Shown: positions 27,236 through 36,717 of the stretch, piece after piece
Layout: every line of letters begins with the position of its first letter
How positions within the stretch are numbered: position 1 is the first letter of the stretch
Source of the DNA: Pseudomonadota bacterium
GTDB taxonomy: Bacteria > Bdellovibrionota_C > UBA2361 > OMII01
Direction of reading: 5' to 3'
NCBI GenBank assembly: GCA_900299055.1
Contig: OMII01000090.1
Span: forward strand, 1 to 38,158
Length of the DNA stretch: 38,158 bases
Translations under genes and position numbers: made by a program
Notes under the pieces: generated by a model
Databases searched by the model: none
The model's input: the letters and a program-made list of their open reading frames with translations, nothing else
What the model was told of the DNA's origin: nothing

Positions 27236-28624
27236 CTAATCTTCAAACGGAACGAATCTCCGCGTCCCATCGAAGCGTTCGATGAGCACTCCACGTCTTG
27301 TTTCGCTGAATCGGCGCGCATATCCGCGTAGTTGCCAGTCTGGAGCAGTTGGATTTTCATCGATATCGCGTTTGAGTGCCTCCTTGCTTCTCTCCGAGAG
27401 TAGTGGATCGTCAGTGAAGTAGACTTCAGGATTTTCGCACTCGCTGAAAAAAGCTCCTTGAAGCCGCCCCTTGTAGCCGTGAACCATCACGCCCTCCTCG
27501 GCGGAGCCGCTCACTGATTGGACTGAGCCGCGAATCATTTTGATGTCTCTCATCTCAACAACTCTGTTGAGCAGTCCTTTGCCCGAGGCGGTGATAGCGG
27601 GATTGTCATCAACGAACGTAGACATGAAATCACCAGCAGGCATTGAGATCGGTATGAAAATCGTCTTCCCGTTGAAAAGGCGGCAAAGTACGGCACCTTT
27701 AGCGCTCATAAAGAAATCACGAACGAGGCCGACCTCATTCCACGGGCCTTCATTTGTAAGGATGTGTTCTATCAGCTCATCACGGATTGCTTGCTGAGAA
27801 ATCTCAAGATTGAAAATATCGTTTCGAGCGAGCTCCAGAAAATCTTCTGAGCTTTGAGGTCGCGTTAGAAGGACCTCATCATTCCCACTCTCATCGCTGA
27901 TAGTGACGAAGATGAGAGCTGGATGAGCAGACCCCGCTGAAAATCGAACTTCAACAGTTTTGTCCAGGAGGAGGTTGTTGTTCATAGAGGCCGCAAAGGC
28001 GATGGTTTTCTGAGACTCGGGGTGAAGTGCGGCGATCGTTTCGCTGTGTCGCGCGAGAAACTCTCCGGGGGTGTACAAGGGCGAAACGGGGGCGAGGCGA
28101 TCACCCTCGGCATCGATCGCCCAGATGCATGAGCCGTGCCGCTTGAAACTCTCGACCAGCCCAACGTAATTCCAGGGGCCGGTTGTATCTTGGATGTACG
28201 ATCGAACCTCGGCGATCTCAGTAGCGTTTAATCCGGGACACATAGCGCTGAGTTGCTCCACTACTACCCTGGAAGACTGTGGAACGCGATACTCCTGATC
28301 GTCCGCAATAAGGGTGTTATTGAAGGGATTCCAGAGCAGTTGCTCCGGTATTGTAAGAGCGAGTTGTTGAAATTCATGGAAGAGATTTTTTTCACCTGAG
28401 GAGAGTCCATCGCCGCGGGTAGTGAGAGCTTCATGGATTGCTTTGTGAGCCGATGGTGATGCGTTGACTGTTAACTCGGCGAGGATTGTGCCCCATTCTA
28501 GTTGATCGAAGAGCCGAGAGTGAGCCGACCATGCGATTCGCGAGATGTCGTGCGCCGGTATGGCACTGAGGGAACAGACTGCTGAGTGCGAGAGTGAAGT
28601 GACTGCGTCGGGAGCCGTATGCAT
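27236..28624 (-). CDS. Hypothetical protein with internal ~140-aa repeats
   Basis: 462-aa ORF; GPWNYVGLV and GPWNEVGLV lie 144 aa apart. Confidence 0.7.
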   Translation of the reverse strand: MHTAPDAVTSLSHSAVCSLSAIPAHDISRIAWSAHSRLFDQLEWGTILAELTVNASPSAHKAIHEALTTRGDGLSSGEKNLFHEFQQLALTIPEQLLWNPFNNTLIADDQEYRVPQSSRVVVEQLSAMCPGLNATEIAEVRSYIQDTTGPWNYVGLVESFKRHGSCIWAIDAEGDRLAPVSPLYTPGEFLARHSETIAALHPESQKTIAFAASMNNNLLLDKTVEVRFSAGSAHPALIFVTISDESGNDEVLLTRPQSSEDFLELARNDIFNLEISQQAIRDELIEHILTNEGPWNEVGLVRDFFMSAKGAVLCRLFNGKTIFIPISMPAGDFMSTFVDDNPAITASGKGLLNRVVEMRDIKMIRGSVQSVSGSAEEGVMVHGYKGRLQGAFFSECENPEVYFTDDPLLSERSKEALKRDIDENPTAPDWQLRGYARRFSETRRGVLIERFDGTRRFVPFED

Positions 28625-28862
28625 GGTGAGCGAGTTTACGTAGCGATGATGAAATAATCAAAAATAAAAAGCGTAATTTCGAGGTGTGTTTGTCGATTGA
28701 ACCGAGACCGCGCTTGAGCGTGGTTCGCATTAGTTTTCTTCTGTCCTATGGCTACGAGTTTTTGTGATGAGGCGCCGCCCGAGGGGTCACGATATGGTTC
28801 TTTCGCCAGAGGACCATCCGTGCCAAGCTCTCGACGGGTACCCTTTTTAAGGAAACGATACT

Positions 28863-29201
28863 ATGGCCAAAAAGACAAAGAGCGCCGCAAAGAAGAGTGT
28901 GTCAGCTACAACCAAGAAAAGCGCTGCTCAGCGCGCCACTGCCGCAAAAAAGGCGACGCGTTCCAAATCTGCCTCTGCAGCTAAGAAGAAATCAAAAAAG
29001 ATGGAGAAACCAAAAGCCCCGTTCATTACCACTGAGCAGGGAGCCAAGGCATTGCAGTATTACTGCGAAGGGATCATGGACATGGTTGGAGAGTATATCC
29101 TGATCCGAAATCCAAAGATCTCCCAGAAGAGCTTCACTACAGAGGCGCACGCCATGATCCGAGGAATCTTCGGTATGAGCGAGAAGCGCGCGGCTCGGTA
29201 A
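28863..29201 (+). CDS. Small basic protein with Lys/Ala-rich (histone H1-like) N-terminus
   Basis: AAGGA RBS; MAKKTKSAAKK..TAAKK..SAAKKK followed by a helical domain. Confidence 0.75.
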   Translation: MAKKTKSAAKKSVSATTKKSAAQRATAAKKATRSKSASAAKKKSKKMEKPKAPFITTEQGAKALQYYCEGIMDMVGEYILIRNPKISQKSFTTEAHAMIRGIFGMSEKRAAR

Positions 29202-29220
29202 GCATCGAGTCTCTGCATTG

Positions 29221-29272
29221 AACGCGGCCACGCCCCCTGGACAGCCCACGGGGCCTGGTCGCGTTTATTTTT
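29221..29272 (+). terminator. Stem-loop terminator between the basic protein gene and convergent recO
   Basis: AACGCGGCCA..GCCCC/GGGGC..TGGTCGCGTT followed by TATTTTT. Confidence 0.6.
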
Positions 29273-29302
29273 GTGGCATCGCGTTTTGAAGCGAGCAGTT
29301 CG

Positions 29303-29938
29303 TCAAGCTAGTGTTCCCACAATCGCGTTGACAGAGCTTCTAGTTAATAGTTTACGCTCGCAAAAGCGCTCGATCGCGTTGAGCGTTGCGTTAAGGACCG
29401 CGCTTCCCGGTGGACGTTCTGAGAGATCGATAATTCCTTCAGCTTGAGTGAGTGAAACCAGGGCGACTAGAGTTGCTCGCAGCATTGTTTTCACGTCACT
29501 CGCCTCATCAATCGCGTTAAGGGCTAAGTCGAGGAGCTCAAATAGTCTCGTTGAGTCCTCTCCTGTATTTTCCTGAATTACGAGATCAAAGCACTCGCAT
29601 AGCAGCGAGGCTAGCGTAAGCTTGTCGAGGTTCGTTCGGAGCTTCTGAAGAGAATGCGAGGGCGTGAACTCCTTTATACAGATAGCTCCGCTTTTCTCTT
29701 TAGTGAGGCGAGCTGTTCCTCTGTCAAAGAGGTCCAGGGAGCTAGGGAATCGTTTCCGGCTCCCGCGCGCGTGGCGTGCGATCACCGAGACCTTGCCAAT
29801 GGTGGGGGTCAGAATCTGCGCCATCAGGTCGCTATCCCGAAACGCCCGCGCTTTGAGGACAATTGCTGGCACGGCCACGTCGAGCCCACGGCGGAGGGTT
29901 TCTAGGGGGTTATTGTGCAGAAGGTTGGTCTCAGACAT
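29303..29938 (-). CDS. recO: DNA repair protein RecO (short form)
   Basis: AIVLKARAFRDSDLMAQILTPTIGKVSVIARHARGSRKRF is the RecO N-terminal OB-fold signature. Confidence 0.88.
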   Translation of the reverse strand: MSETNLLHNNPLETLRRGLDVAVPAIVLKARAFRDSDLMAQILTPTIGKVSVIARHARGSRKRFPSSLDLFDRGTARLTKEKSGAICIKEFTPSHSLQKLRTNLDKLTLASLLCECFDLVIQENTGEDSTRLFELLDLALNAIDEASDVKTMLRATLVALVSLTQAEGIIDLSERPPGSAVLNATLNAIERFCERKLLTRSSVNAIVGTLA

Positions 29939-30070
29939 TGAAAAACACTTGTTTCATGTTTATAGCATACGTTGTTCGGGACGCATCGGCTTGTAGGCCT
30001 GTTCGGAGCGTATAAAAGAAAAAGTTTCGAGCGTAATGCTCGAGCGGACGAAAAAGCGAAAAGGCAAGGC

Positions 30071-30604
30071 ATGGAAGATAAAGCCGAGGATAATCAGGTA
30101 GTTGAGGGAGATGTCGCAGGTGCGGCAGCGCAGCCAGGTGAGCTTGAGAGGCTTACACAGGATTTGGCTGAGACCAAGGATCGCTACATCCGGTTGATGG
30201 CTGATTTCGAGAATTTTAAGAAGCGCGCCTTGAAGGAGCAATCTGAGCTGCTTAAGTATCAGGGAGAGCGGCTCGTCGTAGACCTGCTGGAGGTTCTGGA
30301 CAATCTGGAACTGGCTTTGTCCTATAGCTCGGCCGACTACGAGAAGCTCAAGGCGGGCCTGGAGATGATCCACAAGATCTTTGTGGAGCGGCTTGGGCGA
30401 TGGGAGATCCGGGGAGAGGGTGCTGTTGGCAGCGAGTTTGACCCGAAGAAGCACGCGGCGATTAGTCGGGTGCCAGGAAGTGATGCAAAGCCAGGCACAG
30501 TAGTCGGAGAGTTGAAGAAGCCGTACTTCTACAAAGATAAGCTGATTCGAGTTGGCGAGGTCGTTGTGGCGGCTGGCGTAGAGGAGACGCAGTCTCAAGC
30601 GTAA
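30071..30604 (+). CDS. grpE: Nucleotide exchange factor GrpE
   Basis: [32 protein letters not shown] and LIRVGEVVV; probable ATG 30071. Confidence 0.96.
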   Translation: MEDKAEDNQVVEGDVAGAAAQPGELERLTQDLAETKDRYIRLMADFENFKKRALKEQSELLKYQGERLVVDLLEVLDNLELALSYSSADYEKLKAGLEMIHKIFVERLGRWEIRGEGAVGSEFDPKKHAAISRVPGSDAKPGTVVGELKKPYFYKDKLIRVGEVVVAAGVEETQSQA

Positions 30605-30638
30605 GAGTTACAAGCAGAGATTTTTTAGAGGAGCTAGT

Positions 30639-32558
30639 ATGTCAAAAGTAATTGGTATCGATCTTGGAACAACCAACTCATGTGTTTCGATCATGGAGGG
30701 TGGAAGCCCAGTAGTTATCGCTAACAGCGAAGGGAGTCGAACAACTCCATCGGTGGTTGGTGTCAACGACGCTGGAGAGCGCCTTGTCGGTCAGATCGCT
30801 AAGCGCCAGGCGGTTACGAATCCGAAAAATACGATCTTCGCGGTAAAGCGCTTGATCGGTAGAAAGACCGACTCCCCAGAGGTTGAGAAGGCTAAGAAGG
30901 TCCTTCCGTATGAGATCACCGGCGCTTCTAACGGTGATGCGTGGGTTAAGCTCAAAGGTGAGTCGAAGAGCCCACAAGAAGTGTCGGCCATGATTCTGAC
31001 TAAGATGAAGCAGACTGCTGAAGATTATCTTGGCGAGAAGGTAACGGAGGCTGTTATTACGGTTCCGGCGTACTTCGATGACGCACAGCGTCAAGCGACA
31101 AAGGATGCAGGAAAGATCGCTGGCTTAAACGTGCTCCGTATCATCAATGAGCCAACCGCGGCGGCGCTCGCGTATGGTTTGGACAAGAAGCACGAGAAGA
31201 TGATTGCGGTATTCGATCTCGGAGGAGGAACATTCGACGTTTCGATCCTGGAGCTTGGAGATGGAGTGTTTGAGGTAAAGGCCACCAACGGAGACACGTT
31301 CCTCGGTGGTGAAGACTTCGATCTTATTCTCGTTGATTATTTAGCGGATGAGTTCAAGAAAGAGCAGGGAATTGATCTCCGTAAAGACACGATGGCCTTG
31401 CAGCGCTTGAAGGAAGCGGCCGAGAAGGCGAAGCACGAGCTCTCAAGTTCGATGGAAACGGATATCAACCTTCCGTTCATCACAGCCGATGCCTCGGGGC
31501 CGAAGCACATGAATCTGAAGATTTCGCGGGCGAAGTTTGAGTCGTTGTGCGCCACGTTGCTCAAGCGACTTGAGGAGCCGTGCAAGGTTGCCCTTCGTGA
31601 CGCCGGCCTGAAGGCGAGTGATATAGGCGAAGTGATTCTGGTCGGCGGAATGACTCGTATGCCCGCTGTTCAGCAGCGCGTAAAGGAGATCTTTGGGAAA
31701 GAGGCTTCGAAGAGCGTAAACCCAGATGAAGCTGTGGCGATTGGAGCTGCAGTGCAAGGTGGAGTTCTGAAGGGCGACGTGAAAGACGTTCTCCTCTTGG
31801 ATGTTACTCCGCTCAGTCTCGGTATCGAGACGTTTGGTGGTGTATCGACCAAGCTCATCGAGAAAAACACCACGATCCCGGTTCGTAAGTCGCAAGTGTT
31901 CTCGACGGCGTCTGATAATCAGCCAGCCGTTTCGATTCACGTACTCCAGGGAGAGCGTGAGATGGCGACAGACAACAAGACTCTTGGTCGTTTTGATCTC
32001 GCTGATATCCCGCCTGCTCCACGTGGTGTGCCGCAGATCGAGGTTACTTTTGACATCGATGCAAACGGTATCGTTTCAGTGGGGGCTAAGGATCTTGGCA
32101 CTGGCAAAGAGCAGTCGATTAAGATTACGGCAAGCTCTGGTCTCTCAAAGGAAGAGATCGACCGTATGGTGAACGACGCCAAGGCGCATGCTGAAGAGGA
32201 TCGTAAGCGGCGCGAGATGGTGGAGGAGCGTAATAAGCTCGACACGCTCGTGTACTCAACGGAGAAGACTTTAAACGAGCTCGCGGATAAGGTCTCCCCA
32301 GACGTTAAGGGTGCCGTAAATACAGCCCTTGAGGATGCCAAAAAGGCGCTGGAGTCCAATGAGCAGGATGCGATGAAGAATGCGTTTTCTGCCCTAGAGA
32401 AGGCCAGCCATAAGCTCTCAGAAGAGGCTTATAAGCGTGCGGCTGCTTCCGGTGAGGGGGCAGCAGCTGGCGACGGAGCGAGCGGCTCAACCGGCGCTGA
32501 CGCAGGGAAAGATGACGTTGTCGATGCGGATTACGAAGAGGTTCGCGACTCGAAGTAA
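30639..32558 (+). CDS. dnaK: Chaperone DnaK (Hsp70)
   Basis: [41 protein letters not shown] and [10 protein letters not shown]; GAGGAG RBS. Confidence 0.99.
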   Translation: MSKVIGIDLGTTNSCVSIMEGGSPVVIANSEGSRTTPSVVGVNDAGERLVGQIAKRQAVTNPKNTIFAVKRLIGRKTDSPEVEKAKKVLPYEITGASNGDAWVKLKGESKSPQEVSAMILTKMKQTAEDYLGEKVTEAVITVPAYFDDAQRQATKDAGKIAGLNVLRIINEPTAAALAYGLDKKHEKMIAVFDLGGGTFDVSILELGDGVFEVKATNGDTFLGGEDFDLILVDYLADEFKKEQGIDLRKDTMALQRLKEAAEKAKHELSSSMETDINLPFITADASGPKHMNLKISRAKFESLCATLLKRLEEPCKVALRDAGLKASDIGEVILVGGMTRMPAVQQRVKEIFGKEASKSVNPDEAVAIGAAVQGGVLKGDVKDVLLLDVTPLSLGIETFGGVSTKLIEKNTTIPVRKSQVFSTASDNQPAVSIHVLQGEREMATDNKTLGRFDLADIPPAPRGVPQIEVTFDIDANGIVSVGAKDLGTGKEQSIKITASSGLSKEEIDRMVNDAKAHAEEDRKRREMVEERNKLDTLVYSTEKTLNELADKVSPDVKGAVNTALEDAKKALESNEQDAMKNAFSALEKASHKLSEEAYKRAAASGEGAAAGDGASGSTGADAGKDDVVDADYEEVRDSK

Positions 32559-32581
32559 TTCCCGGTGCAGTAGCGATATGC

Positions 32582-32627
32582 AAGGTCGGAGCTCCTGTGG
32601 TATTCATCAGGGGCTCCGACCTTTGTA
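32582..32627 (+). terminator. 16-bp stem-loop between dnaK and dnaJ (partial terminator or mRNA stabiliser)
   Basis: AAGGTCGGAGCTCCTG-10 nt-CAGGGGCTCCGACCTT followed by TGTATT. Confidence 0.7.
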
Positions 32628-32658
32628 TTAGGTAAGAAGTAATAAGGGGATAACCACC

Positions 32659-33783
32659 GTGTCCAAGCGTGATTACTACGAGGTGCTTGAGGTTTCTAAG
32701 AGCGCCTCTGTTGAGGATATTAAGAAGGCGTATCGTAAGAAAGCCGTCCAGTTTCATCCCGATAAGAATCCTGGCAACAAAGAAGCTGAGGAGAAATTTA
32801 AAGAAGCCACTGAGGCGTACTCGATCCTTAGCGACGCAGAAAATCGGGCTCGATACGATCGATTCGGGCACGCCGCATTCCAAAATGGCGGTGGCGGTGG
32901 TGGATTTCAGCAAGGAGATTTTTCGGGTTTTGAGGATATCTTTGGCGATATCTTTAGTTCGTTTTTTGGCGGCTCGATGGGGGGAGACCCTCGCCGTGGT
33001 CGTGGTCGGGCAGGGAACGACCTTCGCTACGATCTCGAGGTTAGCTTTGAAGAGGCGGCCTTCGGATGTGAGAAGGAGGTTACCCTCTCGCGGCGTACTC
33101 GTTGTGAGGAGTGTTCGGGCTCAGGTGCTGCAAAAGGGTCGACGAAAGAACGGTGTCCGCAGTGCGACGGTGCGGGGCAGGTGAGAATTCAGCAGGGATT
33201 CTTCACGCTGGCGCGTACGTGTCACGCTTGTGGTGGTGCGGGAGAGGTAGTTAGAAATCCGTGTAAGCCGTGCTCGGGCTCGGGGCTCACGACCAAGGAA
33301 TCGCGATTGAAGGTCAAGGTTCCAGCTGGTGTCGATAATGGCCAACGTCTCAAAATGCGAGGCGAGGGTGAGCCTGGTCAAGGTGGTGGCCCGAGTGGTG
33401 ATCTGTACGTGCAAATCGTCGTCGCTGAGCATCCGCTATTTCAAAGGCAGGATGCGGAGACGGTGTGCGATATGCCGATTACATTCTCGACGGCGGTTTT
33501 GGGGGGTGAGGTAGAGATTCCATCACTCGATGGGAAGTTAAAGTTGAAAATTCCCTCGGGTACCCCGTCAGGCAAGGTCTTCCGAGTTAAAGGAAAGGGG
33601 GTGCCGATCCTCGGTAGTAGCCCGCAGCGTCGGGGCGATCACCACGTTAGGGTGCACGTGCACGTTCCAAAGAAGGTCTCCGATAAAGAAAAGAAACTAC
33701 TGGAGGATTTAGCTGAAATCCAGGGAACAGTGGTTGATGATGACAAGGGGTTCTTCGATAAAATGAAGGATCTGTTTTCCTAG
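32659..33783 (+). CDS. dnaJ: Chaperone DnaJ
   Basis: J domain with HPD, G/F-rich region and four CxxCxGxG repeats. Confidence 0.98.
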   Translation: MSKRDYYEVLEVSKSASVEDIKKAYRKKAVQFHPDKNPGNKEAEEKFKEATEAYSILSDAENRARYDRFGHAAFQNGGGGGGFQQGDFSGFEDIFGDIFSSFFGGSMGGDPRRGRGRAGNDLRYDLEVSFEEAAFGCEKEVTLSRRTRCEECSGSGAAKGSTKERCPQCDGAGQVRIQQGFFTLARTCHACGGAGEVVRNPCKPCSGSGLTTKESRLKVKVPAGVDNGQRLKMRGEGEPGQGGGPSGDLYVQIVVAEHPLFQRQDAETVCDMPITFSTAVLGGEVEIPSLDGKLKLKIPSGTPSGKVFRVKGKGVPILGSSPQRRGDHHVRVHVHVPKKVSDKEKKLLEDLAEIQGTVVDDDKGFFDKMKDLFS

Positions 33784-33850
33784 TTGGCTAGTTGCGGCGT
33801 GGCTGACTATAGTTCGATACGTGTATATTCCCGCGCTTTGGTAGCCGTTT

Positions 33851-35764
33851 ATGCGTACGAGTGCCATCCGTATAGTTTCATGTGCTGTTCTAGCTAGCGT
33901 GCTCTTCGCCTGTGGGTCGCCCACGAAGAGGCCTGCTGCGAGACGTGCCCCAGAGTCTGTCATCCAGGAAGAACCATCTGAGGCGCTAGCACGACCAATG
34001 CCCTGGGAGGTATGGGCGCTTTTCAAGGATCTCGACGGACAAGACCTGCACAACAGAGCGCTGTTACTGGGAGATGAATTACAGCAACGTGGCAAGCGTA
34101 ACTCAGCATTGGATTCCTATCTGCGAGCTGCCTCAGAGGCTTTGCCGCCAAACGAAAGCGCTGTTGCGGTTCTTCGTGTCGCGAGCCAGCAGTTAGCGCT
34201 TGATCAGCCGAAAAAAGCCCTAGCGGCGATCGGAGCGTACTACAAGCGAAGAGGTTTGGGTGAGGCCAATGTCGACGTGCCGTTTGGTTTGGTGCTCGCT
34301 TTCGCCTATGGGCGACACGGCGATGTCGAGCAGTCGCTTGCGTGGTTCTCAAAGGTTGCCTCGCAGGGACGTAGTGATGGCCCTGCGGTTCAGGTTGCCC
34401 GCAACGGCTTGGGGCTGCTGCTGCGCACCCTTTCGCCTGAGGAATTCGAGCGTGTGGCAACAAATTGGTTTTCGGATTCCTTTGTAAATGAACAGGTGGG
34501 GCGTGAGCGACTACGCCGAGCCTCACCCGGATTCACGGTGAGTGAGCAAAGCGCCAAAGAGCCATTCTGGTCCTCGTACGAGATGGTTCAGTCGAGCCAG
34601 GTTAATCCTGCTGGTTCGCTTCGACCGACGGATAAGCCAGTTGTAGGAGTAGTGCTGAGCCTCTCAAGTAAATTTGCTGCAATAGGACGAGATACTCGGC
34701 AGGGATTGGAACTCGCTGTTGAAAGAGGAAATACGATTGAGCCGAAGATTGAAGTGCTCGCTCGAGATGTTGGATCGGATACAGCAGCGGCTTCGGCTGC
34801 GGTACGTGAGTTGGTCACTAGTGGTGGTGCGACGGTGATAGCCGGACCGCTTCTAACAGAGCCATCGGTGGCAGCGGCGCAGACCGCTCGCGAGATGGGG
34901 GTTCCTCTCGTGTCGTTCTCAAAGAGCGAGACGTTCTCAACGGGAGGGGGGATATTCAGACTGGGTGCCACCACAACCAGTCAGATCGAAGCATTGGTCA
35001 ATGCTGCCTACGGCGAGTATCACATTACGCGGTTCGCGGTCGCCTATCCTCAAACGGCGAGTGGCGCAGAGTTTGTTGAGGTCTTCAAAAGAAAATTAGG
35101 CTCGCTTGGTCTCACGCTCGAGCTCGAGGTTGCGTACGTGGCAGGCAATGAGGCGTCGATGCTCAACGTCGCCCAACAACTCGATGGTTCGGCCGCTGAA
35201 GCGGTGTTGATACCTGACACAATTGAAGCCAGTGAGCGTTTTCTGTCGAGCCTCTCACCGACAGTGAAGAAGCGTATCCGACCCTTGGGAACGGCGCTGT
35301 GGGATAACGCGCCGAAGATAGCACGCTCTCAGGCTCTCTTCGAACGGTCGATCTTTGTGACCCCATTTTTTTCACAGAGTGTGCGGCCAGAAGTGCAGCA
35401 GTTCGTGGAGTCATACCGCGCCAAGTACGGTGGCGCGCCTAACTTCCTGGCGGCTCAGGGGTTTGACGCTGGCACATTACTCGTGAGCGCACTCCGAATG
35501 AGCTCCCAGGCGGGGCGACCGCTTGAGAGGGCCTTGAGTGAATCTGCCCCAGTTCAGGGCGTCACGGGCTCTCTATCAGTGCTGCCGTCAGGCGAGATAC
35601 AGCGTAGCTTTTACGTTGTTGAAGTTTTGCGAGATTCGTTCCAGGAAAAGCTTCCAAGTGGAGCAGTTACCCGATTTGATCCCTCAGCCGCAGTGGGGCA
35701 GGGACCTACGCAAAGCCTAACACCTCGCCTGGGTGATAGTGAGCGAGTAGAAAGCGGCTATTAA
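33851..35764 (+). CDS. Outer-membrane lipoprotein, LpoA/LppC-like penicillin-binding protein activator (TPR-like + type I periplasmic-binding fold)
   Basis: Lipobox LFAC; helical N-terminal part; VGVVLSLS..G..GLELA, IAGPL, AAQGFDA and VQGVTG. Confidence 0.75.
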   Translation: MRTSAIRIVSCAVLASVLFACGSPTKRPAARRAPESVIQEEPSEALARPMPWEVWALFKDLDGQDLHNRALLLGDELQQRGKRNSALDSYLRAASEALPPNESAVAVLRVASQQLALDQPKKALAAIGAYYKRRGLGEANVDVPFGLVLAFAYGRHGDVEQSLAWFSKVASQGRSDGPAVQVARNGLGLLLRTLSPEEFERVATNWFSDSFVNEQVGRERLRRASPGFTVSEQSAKEPFWSSYEMVQSSQVNPAGSLRPTDKPVVGVVLSLSSKFAAIGRDTRQGLELAVERGNTIEPKIEVLARDVGSDTAAASAAVRELVTSGGATVIAGPLLTEPSVAAAQTAREMGVPLVSFSKSETFSTGGGIFRLGATTTSQIEALVNAAYGEYHITRFAVAYPQTASGAEFVEVFKRKLGSLGLTLELEVAYVAGNEASMLNVAQQLDGSAAEAVLIPDTIEASERFLSSLSPTVKKRIRPLGTALWDNAPKIARSQALFERSIFVTPFFSQSVRPEVQQFVESYRAKYGGAPNFLAAQGFDAGTLLVSALRMSSQAGRPLERALSESAPVQGVTGSLSVLPSGEIQRSFYVVEVLRDSFQEKLPSGAVTRFDPSAAVGQGPTQSLTPRLGDSERVESGY

Positions 35765-36072
35765 TCGTAGCTCCTATAACGCCTCTTTGTACGAGTAGAT
35801 GCACGCGCTGAAGTCTGATAGGAGTGCTTGCGCGAACTGTTCGCATCTCAAGGCGCTCAGTATGTGGTAAGCGGGAAGCTTTCCTGAGAGGACGCCCATG
35901 ATTTGTGAGTTGTTCAGAGACCGAGAATAATCAGAGCATTGTAGTTTGATATAGTCAGTTTTAGTCCGCTTTCGAAAGAACCCCGAATTTTTAGAGTCCG
36001 TTGCATGGTGCACTATCGATAACAAGCGTAGGCTTGAGCATATTTCAAGTAGTACGAAGTGAGGCAGTCGGT

Positions 36073-36531
36073 ATGGAGCGGGAAATTCGTAATTTATTGT
36101 GCGGTACGTGGTTAAGTCTGGTGAGTCTCACGACGGGCTGTGGTGGCAGCAGTGATTGCACACCTCTCCTGAATGCCCAAGATCCATCTGGACAGTGGCA
36201 GGGTGTGCTTCAGCGACAAGAGAGTGACTGCGGTACAACGAGCCGTGGGATGGACTTTGCGTTTGAGCATCAAGTCGCACTTGACTGCGGAGCCAACGGA
36301 GACTCCAGCGTAACCCTTTTCAACGAGGATGGCCTTCATTTCACAGAGACTTCATTTGACGACCTTGGGGGTGGATCGTTTTCGGTCCAAAACCGTAACA
36401 ATGGAGTTACGATAGACATATCGTATGATAATTTTGATGGTTCCCTCGCAGATGTCACAGAACGAATCCGTATATATTCGAACGGCAAGATCGTGTGCAG
36501 CGAAAAGTATACAGGAAGAGCGCGAAGGTAG
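36073..36531 (+). CDS. Hypothetical lipoprotein
   Basis: ATG 36073 with GAGG RBS; lipobox LTTGC followed by GGSS; beta-rich mature region. Confidence 0.7.
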   Translation: MEREIRNLLCGTWLSLVSLTTGCGGSSDCTPLLNAQDPSGQWQGVLQRQESDCGTTSRGMDFAFEHQVALDCGANGDSSVTLFNEDGLHFTETSFDDLGGGSFSVQNRNNGVTIDISYDNFDGSLADVTERIRIYSNGKIVCSEKYTGRARR

Positions 36532-36717
36532 GGCCAGGCGTCTCGTTCGAAGCCAATAATTCGCGCGTAGCAAATTGCTATTGATAGCTAGTAGTGGCCT
36601 TGCGTGTACGACTTTTTCGTTGATGGTGTAGATGACTACATAGCCTGTCTCTGCTGACGTCCTTCAACTCGCGATAATCGGTCTGCGTAGGTAACTGGCA
36701 GCGGATCAAGAGACGGT

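Noticed and set aside
29960-30598. 212-aa minus-strand ORF opposite grpE
   Set aside because: It is a shadow of grpE; Leu-rich and without motifs.
30678-32913. Several antisense ORFs opposite dnaK/dnaJ
   Set aside because: Antisense open frames opposite hsp70 genes are a known codon-bias by-product; these are fragmented and have no motifs.
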